From: the human T2T-CHM13v2.0 reference genome, Homo sapiens
Length of the DNA: 64,000 bases
Direction: 5' to 3' (one strand)
Assembly (NCBI RefSeq): GCF_009914755.1
Contig: NC_060936.1
The notes beneath the pieces are model-generated. The model worked only from the letters and a program-made list of their open reading frames with translations. It did no database searches and was not told where the DNA came from. The translations under genes and the position numbers were made by a program. Numbering within the stretch: position 1 is the first letter of the stretch; every line of letters starts with the position of its first letter. Shown here piece by piece: positions 55,432-64,000 of this stretch.

Positions 55432-55804
55432 TAGAGATGGGGTTTCACCATGTTGCCAGGCTGGCCTTGAGCTCCCGGGCTTCAGTGATCCACCTGCCTT
55501 GGCCTCTCAAAGTGCTGAACTTATAGGTGTGAGCCACTGCACACGGCCTTGTGTATAATTTTTTTAAAAGCACAATCTTTGCAGCTAGATTTTTGTCCTA
55601 TTTTGAGAAACTGAAGTTAAAAGATATAAAAAATTATGGCTTTATTAGAGAACTATACTTTAATTAGTAATTTGTAACAGGATTTGCTGTAGGTGGTTTT
55701 AAATACCAAACTTCTGGAACGGATTTTAAGTGCAATTTAGTTTTTAAAAGTGTTGATTTATGGTCAAGACACTTATGTAAGCCAAAGACACCCAATGCGT
55801 AAGC

Positions 55805-55985
55805 TAAGTTTCTCAAAGTGTATTCTGAAGGCAAGCTGATGAAAAGTCACCTGGAGTTCTCGTAAAATGCAGGTTCCTGGGCCATGCTACTCAACCAGAA
55901 CCTTTGGGAGTGTGGGTTCCTGAAGATGTGTTGTAAACAAGCACTCTAGGGGACTTGGTTTCTCACTAAAGTTTGAGGACCATTG
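55805..55985 (+). mobile_element. MER5A-like hAT remnant
   Basis: TTTCTCAAAGTG...TCACCTGG...TAAAATGCAGGTTCCTGGGCC...CTAAAGTTTGAGGACCATTG. Confidence 0.6.
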
Positions 55986-56527
55986 ACAAAGGCATTATCT
56001 TACCTGTTAGAGAAAGGGGACAGGTGGAGCAAGGAATAGTATGATTTTTCTTTTCAGTTCCTCAGATGTACCTAAGATGCAGATGATAGGGTGCAACCTT
56101 GTCATAAGCCAATTAATGTAATGCATATTAATTACAACTATTGTATAATTAATGTAAAGCTCAGTCTTCTATAAGGTGATTCAAGTATATAGATATCAGA
56201 TGTGGGGCATTTTCTCTTAGTCCTTTTATAATCTCCCCCCAAACAATCAAGTGTTTGCCAAGGGCCTATCTTGTAACCAACGCTTTCTGTTCCTCTCTAC
56301 TGGTACAGTGTGAGAAGGGACAGTGATGCTGACCCTACTTAGTGACTTGGCATTTTGGAATTTGTTCATCCTACTTGGTAGCAGGAAAGTTTCACCGCAT
56401 CACCATTTGTAGTCCTCCTAAAGTTTTGGAGGTGAGCAAGGGGAAGTAGCAATATGGAGTCAGTCAATCCCAGTGCCCTCTTACACCATCCTTGCCAAGA
56501 ATCCAGACTTGGAAAACAGAGAGATTA

Positions 56528-56725
<198 letters not shown>

Positions 56726-57379
56726 TTAAAAAAGAAGGAAAGAAAGAAAAAAGAAGTTAGCTGGGTGTGGTGATGTGTGCCTGTAGTTCCAGCTACTTGG
56801 AAGGATAAAGTGGAAGAATTGCCTGAGCCCAGGAGGTCAAGGCTGCAGTGAACCATGACTGTGCCGCTGCACTCCCACCCAGGTGACAGAGCAAGTCCCT
56901 GTCTCCACAAAAAAAAAAAAAAAAAAGATTTGTGATAAGTTATTAGTTTTTAGCCTGCTTTTTAAAAATTCAGGAATAGATTATGGCCGTCATACTATGT
57001 AAATATATACACATCTACTTTATCCTTTCCACACATGCATGATATCTTTCACAAGGATGTATTATCATTTATTTAATCAGTTCCCTATTGTCCAACATTT
57101 AGGCTATTTCTGGTATTTTGTAATTCTAATGTTGAAGTGAACATCTTTTAAATATATCTTTGCATATTTGTGTGAGTTTTTCTATAAGATAAATTTGCTG
57201 AGTTAAAGGGAATATGTATCTAAAATTATGGTAGCTATTTATTTATTCAACATTTACTAAGTATGTACTATATGATAGGGTTTGTGCTTGTTTATGACTT
57301 AGTGTTGAGGTTACAACAGCCAACAAAACAGACAAGAGCCCTGCTCTCATGGAGGCTACATTTTATTGCCAAATTACAA

Positions 57380-58280
57380 CAAATGGTATTTGGTTAATTG
57401 ACTAGCTATTTGGAAAAACATACCTTTACTATCCTCCTCACATCATACACAAAAACCAATTGCAATTTAATAGACATGAAAAGCAAAACTATGCAATAAT
57501 TAAATTACAGGAGAATATTTTTTAAACCTTGGAATAGAAACACAAAACGCAGAAGAATTGATAGATATGAGTAGATTAAAAATTAAAACTTTCAAATGAT
57601 GTAAGATACAAGATACAATGTTAAAAGACAAATAGCAGAGCAGAAGAAAATTTGTAATATTTATAGCAGATAATAGACTAATGGACATAATGTGTAAAAA
57701 GTAACTACAAATTAGATATCGACAAGCCCAAGAGAAGAATAAAAAGAAAATTGTAAACATGCATTTCTCAGAAGAAGAAATGCAAATGACCAGTAGATAT
57801 ACTGAAAGTTGCTAAATCTTGCTAATGATCAGAGAAATGCAAACTAACCCAACAGGTTGAATTTTCATTTATTAGACTGACAGAATTAAAAAGGCAAGGG
57901 CATACACAATTGCTCGCAAATTCTGCTGGTGGGAGTCTAAAACGTCAATGGGCTGGAGCAATTTGGAGGTGTTTCTAATTGTGCATGGTTTTTTGACCCA
58001 GTAATATTACTTCTAGGAACTGGTCTTTCAGAAACCCAAAGATTTATATACAAGGATATTCATGGAGTGTTGTTTGTAGCAGGAAAAACATGGAAACAAT
58101 GTGGAAATTCATTCTTAGGAGAATGAGGAATAAATATAGTATCTCATACCACAGACCATGATAAGATCCCTGAAAACAATGAAGTAGATCTGTTTGTACT
58201 TGCTTGAAAAGATCTCCATGGTACACTGTTAAATGGAAAAAGCAAGTCACAGAGTAATACATGTACTATAATAGCATTTA
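57380..58280 (+). mobile_element. Old L1M fragments
   Basis: Degenerate L1 ORF2 3' motifs (ATCAGAGAAATGCAAA, TGCTGGTGGGAGT, TTTGACCCAG...TTCTAGGAA). Confidence 0.65.
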
Positions 58281-58302
58281 CATGAAAAGGACAACAGCCA
58301 AG

Positions 58303-58304
<2 letters not shown>

Positions 58305-58340
<36 letters not shown>
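58305..58340 (+). repeat. (GT)18 microsatellite in intron 2
   Basis: Read directly. Other CA/GT repeats lie at about 501-530, 4839-4877, 9577-9603, 22192-22222 and 61130-61177. Confidence 0.95.
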
Positions 58341-58341
<1 letters not shown>

Positions 58342-58506
58342 TGTACATGCTGGGGAGAGAGTAAGATGGAGTCAGGAGGGACAGGGGTGGGAAAGTGGGG
58401 AGACTTGCAATCAGTACATTTTTAAAAAGTGATACAAAGCTGCTCCTGTTTTTCATCCTAAAGACATCAAATTATGAACATTCATCAAAGTTCTCTTCTT
58501 TTTCAG

Positions 58507-58649
58507 GTGCAGCCACGATGTATACAAGATACAAAATAGTACAGAAGCAAAATCAAACCTGCTATTTCAGCACTCCTGTTTTTAACTTGGTGTCTTTAGT
58601 GCTTGGATTGGTGGGATGTTTCGGAATGGGCATTGTCGCCAATTTTCAG
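58507..58649 (+). CDS. DRAM1: DRAM1 coding exon 3 ([48 protein letters not shown])
   Basis: Acceptor ttctcttctttttcag|GT; donor CAG|GTATAA; 143 nt. Cumulative CDS is 342 nt (114 codons) and in frame. Overlaps ORF 58395..58655. Confidence 0.96.
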
Positions 58650-58988
58650 GTATAACTTGGAGCTTTTTCAGTTATGAGGAGTGGTGGAGTGTATGTGTCT
58701 GAAGAGAGCAGCAGAAATGCAAGAGGCACACTTATGCCATTATAGCCATTAAATGCTTGATGAGTTTACAATAAGTGGGTTAGTTTGCTTTTTAGAAACC
58801 TTTAACATTTGGAAATCAGGGCCAGGTGTGGTGGCTCACACCTGTAATCCCAGCACTTTGGGAAACTGAGGTGGATCATGAGACCAGGAGTTCAAGACCA
58901 GTCTGGCCAACATGGTGAAGCCTCATTTCTACTAAAAATACAAAATTAGCCAGGTGTGGCGTCACATGCCTGTAATCCCAGCTACTCA

Positions 58989-59174
<186 letters not shown>

Positions 59175-59459
59175 TCAGAGGAGGCCTTGGGCTTTGCATT
59201 GCTCCATGTTGTCATTGATGTGGTTTGATGTGTTGGGAGAGCTACTTCAGCTACTGTGATGATTTTGTTAAGAGTGTGAAAATATTTGTATGTGTTTACC
59301 AATTCTACCATTTAAACCTCTGGTATTCAAAGAGGAGGCTCCTGGTGACATTTCTTTATATTTTTATGACAGTATGCATTTTGTTTTTCATAACAACAAA
59401 CATTTATTGAAATTTTCCTGTGACACATGTTTAAGAAAATATTCCATATTTTAACCATA

Positions 59460-59620
59460 CAATTATAATAAAAGCCTTGTAAGATAGGCACTATTATTTT
59501 CCCCATTTATCAATGGTAAAATGGAGGCCTAGAGAGGTTAATACTTGCCTAAGATCAGTTGAATAATGCATGGCAGAGGCGAGCTTTGAATTGAAGTCAT
59601 CTTCCAAGAGCCTGTGAGAG
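59460..59620 (-). mobile_element. MIR
   Basis: CCCCATTT...GAGGCCTAGAGAGGTTAA.ACTTGCCTAAGATCA. Confidence 0.6.
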
Positions 59621-60579
59621 CTATCCTCAATGCTAACATGAAGATATATCTGTGACAAAAAAACCAAGTACACGATGCATAGTTCTACCATCAGGATGCA
59701 CACACACACAAAATTTAAAAAGGAAGACCTAGAGTGGTATAATTTGTCTAGTACAGTGTGGTTATGGTTTAATGGGGGCTAGTATAGATATATCACTTTA
59801 TCCTCTGACTAACCACATCATGAGAGATACAGATGTCAGTTTTTAAACCATTTAAGGGCTGACTTTAAGAAGAAAACTTAGATGGTTAAATAATTTCAAC
59901 TTTTGGTTCCCCTTAAGTCTTCAATGATGTGATTAAATCCACAAAAACCAGAAATAGAATCTTAACTTCCCAAGGAGCAAAGTGTTTGACTTGTCATTGT
60001 TCCGATAACTGTATCTTTACAACTTCCTTGTTTGGTATCCTGTAATTCATTTTCGTCATATCAGGAGCAAACCAACTTGAGCTAACTCAAGATGATTTTG
60101 AGATGTGTGGGCAAGAGAGAGTGTGACTGCCTCTTTTTTTTTTTCTTTTTTTGTAGAGACAGAGTCTTGCTCTGTCGCCCAGGCTAGAGTGTAGTGGCGC
60201 GATCTCGGTTCACTGCAACCTCCGCCCCGGGTTCAAGTGATTCTCATGCCTCAGCCTCCCGAGTAGCTGGGATTACAAGCACCCACCACCATGTCCAGCT
60301 AATTTTTGTATTTTTAGTAGAGATAGGGTTTCCCCATGTTGGCCAGGCTGGTCTTGAACTCAAGTGATCTGCCTGCCTTGGCCTCCCAAAGTGCTGGGAT
60401 TACAGGCATGAGCCACCGTGCCCAGCCATGGTGATTTTTCTTGAGTTGCAATAAATCACATTTTTGAGAATTTCACAGATAATCTTTTTCCCAAATGGGT
60501 GGGTGAGATGGCTACTTTTTGGTGTGTCCTCACTAACTTCTGTCAATACTTTATTTTCCCTCAGAAAGTTTTCTTTTTG

Positions 60580-61136
60580 AAATTCTGTCATTTGTGGCAA
60601 CATGGATGAACCTGGAGGACCTTATGCTAAGTGAAATAAGCCAGTCACAGAGGGACAAATACCGAATGCTGTCACTTATATGTGGAATCTAAGAAAATCA
60701 AACTTACAGGAGAGAGTAGAATGGTGTTACAGGAGTGAAGAGGAAGATGAGGAGCGGGGAGGTATTGGTCAAAGGGTACCAAGTTTCAGTTAGACTGAAT
60801 TAATAATTCTGGAGATCTATTACTGCACAGTATGGTGACTATAGTTAATAATAGTGTATTGTATATTTCAAAATTGCTAAAACAGTAGATTTTAAATGTT
60901 CTCATCACAAAAAAAATGAATAAGTATGTGAGGTGATTGATATGTTAATTACCTTGATTTAATCATTCCACAGTGTAAACATACATCAAAACATCTACAG
61001 CCAGGTGTGGTGGCTCATACCTGTAATCCCAGCACTTAGGGAAGCCAAGGCAGGAGGAATGCTTTAGCCCAGGAGTTTGAGACTAGTCTGGGCAACATAG
61101 GGCAACACAGGGAGACCGTGCCTCTGGAAACACACA

Positions 61137-61179
<43 letters not shown>

Positions 61180-61537
61180 CTATAAGCCTCATAAATATGA
61201 ACAATTATTATTATTTTTTGAGACAGAGTCTCTCTCTGTTGCCCAGGCTGCAGTGCAGTGGCGCGATCTTGGCTCACTGCAACCTCCGCCTCTCAGGTTC
61301 AAGCAATTATCCCTGCTTCAGCCTCCCGAGCAGATGGTATTACAGGCACCTGGCACCATGCCCAGCTGATTTTTGTATTTTTTTTTAGTAGAGATGGCGT
61401 TTCGCCATGTTGGCCAGGCATGTCTTGAACTCCTGACCTCAGGTGATCCTCCCACCTCGGCCTCCTGAAGTGCTGAGAGGTGTGAGCCATCGTGCCCAGC
61501 CTATAAACAATTATTATTTGTCAATTAAAAATAAAAA
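60580..61537 (+). mobile_element. L1MA-type LINE-1 3' end interrupted by two Alu pieces
   Basis: GCAACATGGATGAACCTGGAGGAC...AAGTGAAATAAGCCAG...GTGACTATAGTTAATAA...; ends TCAATTAAAAATAAAA. Confidence 0.8.
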
Positions 61538-61544
61538 CTTTTAA

Positions 61545-61863
<319 letters not shown>

Positions 61864-62768
61864 TAGCCAGGATGGTCTTGATCTCCTGACCTCGTGATCC
61901 ACCTGCCTCGGCCTCCCAAAGTGCTGGGATTACAGGCGTGAGCCACCGCGCCTGGCTGATAGAGCTTTATTAAACTATTCTCTCTCTCTCTCCCTCTCTG
62001 TTGTTATTACCTTTTAAATTACCAAGAGAGTTTCTAAAAAGCAATCCAGAAAGAGTGCCAGGTTTTAACTTTATCGAAAATTCATGTCTGATCTAAACAT
62101 CATTTCCCTGCTTTTTTGATTGATTGGTTGAGAAAGGGTCTCGCTCCTTCACCTAAGCTGGAATGCAATAGCACAATCATAGCTCACTGTAACCTTGAAT
62201 GCTTAGACTAAGCCTTGAACTCCTCCTGTCTCAGTCTCTTGAGTAGCTGAGACTATGGGTGCATCACCATGCCCAGCTAATTCTTATTTTCACTTTTGTA
62301 GAGATGGGGTCTTGCTATGTTTCTGAGGCTGTTCTTCAACTCCTGGCCTCATGTGATCCTCCCATCTCCACCTCCCAAAATGTTGGGATTACAAACACAA
62401 GCCACCATACCCTGTCGTATTTTATTTTTCATATATAACTTCCCTGAATCTATATGCCTATGTTAGGAATCTTATTTATTTATTTATTTGTATTTGTATT
62501 TTTACCTTTATTTTTTGAGACAGGGTCTTGATCTGTTGCTCAGGCTGGAGTGCAGTGGTGTGATCATGGCTCACTGCAATCTCTGCCTTGTGAGCTCAAG
62601 CAGTCCTCCCACCTCAGCCTCCTGAGTAGCTAAAACTACAGGTTCATGCCATCATGCCCAGCAAATTTTTGTAGTTTTTGCAGAGACAGTGTTTCACCAC
62701 ATTGCCCAGGTTGGTCTTGAACTCCTGAGCTCAAGTGATACACCTGCCTTGGCCTCCCAAAGTGATGA

Positions 62769-63023
<255 letters not shown>

Positions 63024-64000
63024 TGAGATGGAGTCTCGCTCTGTCTCCCAGACTGTATGTAGTTCAGTGGCACAATCTCGGCTTACTGCAGTCTCCACCT
63101 CCTGGGGTCCAGTAATTCTCCTGCCTCAGTCTCCCTGGTAGCTGGGATTACAGGCACGCGCCACCACGCCTGGCTAGTTTTTGTATTTTTAGTAGATACG
63201 CGGTTTCACCACGTTGGCGAGGCTGGTCTCAAAGTCCTGACCTTGTAATCCACCTGCCTCAGCCTCCCAAAGTGCTGGGATTACAGGCGTGAGCCACAGT
63301 ACCTGGCCCATGCAAGGTATCTTAGGTATACAGAAACTATATGATGTATTGCAGAGTCAGTGCAGTCATATTTGAATATAACACCAATCATGTAATCAAT
63401 TTCTCCCCTTATTTCTAGGTTTGATACTAGGAAATACATTTCCTTAGAAATAAGTTAAAAGGTCTTTTTTTTTTTCTGCACCTCCCTTTCTTATGTGGTG
63501 AATGAAAATTTAATATCAATTCATTTGTGCTCCAGCTTGAGGTTGAACTGTCTGGATGGCAAATATTGTGGTGCTGGGGAAGCCCAGGTCAGAGGGAAGC
63601 TGGGGGAAGAGTGTGTTCACCGTGAGCTGAGGCCAAGGGGTGGCCTGTGGCCAAAACCAGGCTCTCCTGGACAACACTTTAACTTGCCCTTTGCAAAGCT
63701 TGCATGTTCAAGCTTAAGTCAAGACCCAGTGGTTCCATCTAAATGTTCCTCGACTGGAAGGTTGTGCCCAGTGCACATTTGAAAGGAGCTGAGGCTGGGT
63801 GTGGTGGCTCATGCCTATAATCTGAGCACTTTGGAAGGCTGAGGTGGGTGGATCACCTGAGGTCATAAGTTCGAGACCAGCCTGGCCAACATGGAGAAAC
63901 CCCCGTCTCTACTGAAAACAGAAAAATTAGCTCAGCATGGTGGTGCATGCCTGTAATCCCAACTACTCGGGAGGCTGGGGCATGAGAATCGCTTGAACCC

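Noticed and set aside
63495-63782. 95-aa ORF as possible DRAM1 exon 4
   Set aside because: No similarity to the expected DRAM continuation and a non-ATG start; later exons lie outside the window.

Overview
Primate (almost certainly human) genomic DNA covering about 34 kb of repeat-dense intergenic sequence, a CpG-island promoter, and the first three coding exons of DRAM1 (+ strand; CDS 34995-35125, 55090-55157, 58507-58649; 114 codons, gene continues beyond the window). Most of the ORF track is spurious Alu or GC-rich open frames. By eye there are roughly 80 Alu/FLAM copies or fragments, several ERV1 and MaLR LTRs, a HUERS-P1-like 5' proviral remnant with a tRNA-Pro PBS, and Tigger1, MER1A, L1, L2 and MIR remnants. 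There are also three RNA retrocopies: an HSPE1 processed pseudogene, a 3'-truncated U6 copy and a 28S rRNA 3'-terminal copy. I see no evidence for a wholly new protein-coding system. The best leads are: (1) a MER61-like solo LTR with a perfect p53 response element next to a kB-like site, 22 kb upstream of this known p53 target; (2) an apparent L1-mediated retrocopy of an LTR transcript end whose tail has decayed into a GGAA microsatellite; (3) a templated duplication/inversion micro-rearrangement; (4) a retro-insertion hotspot in Tigger1; (5) a compact immune-type motif cassette and possible alternative start/splice options in the DRAM1 5' region. Repeat family names come from recalled consensus sequences and need RepeatMasker/Dfam confirmation. 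Repeat boundaries are approximate unless TSDs are given.
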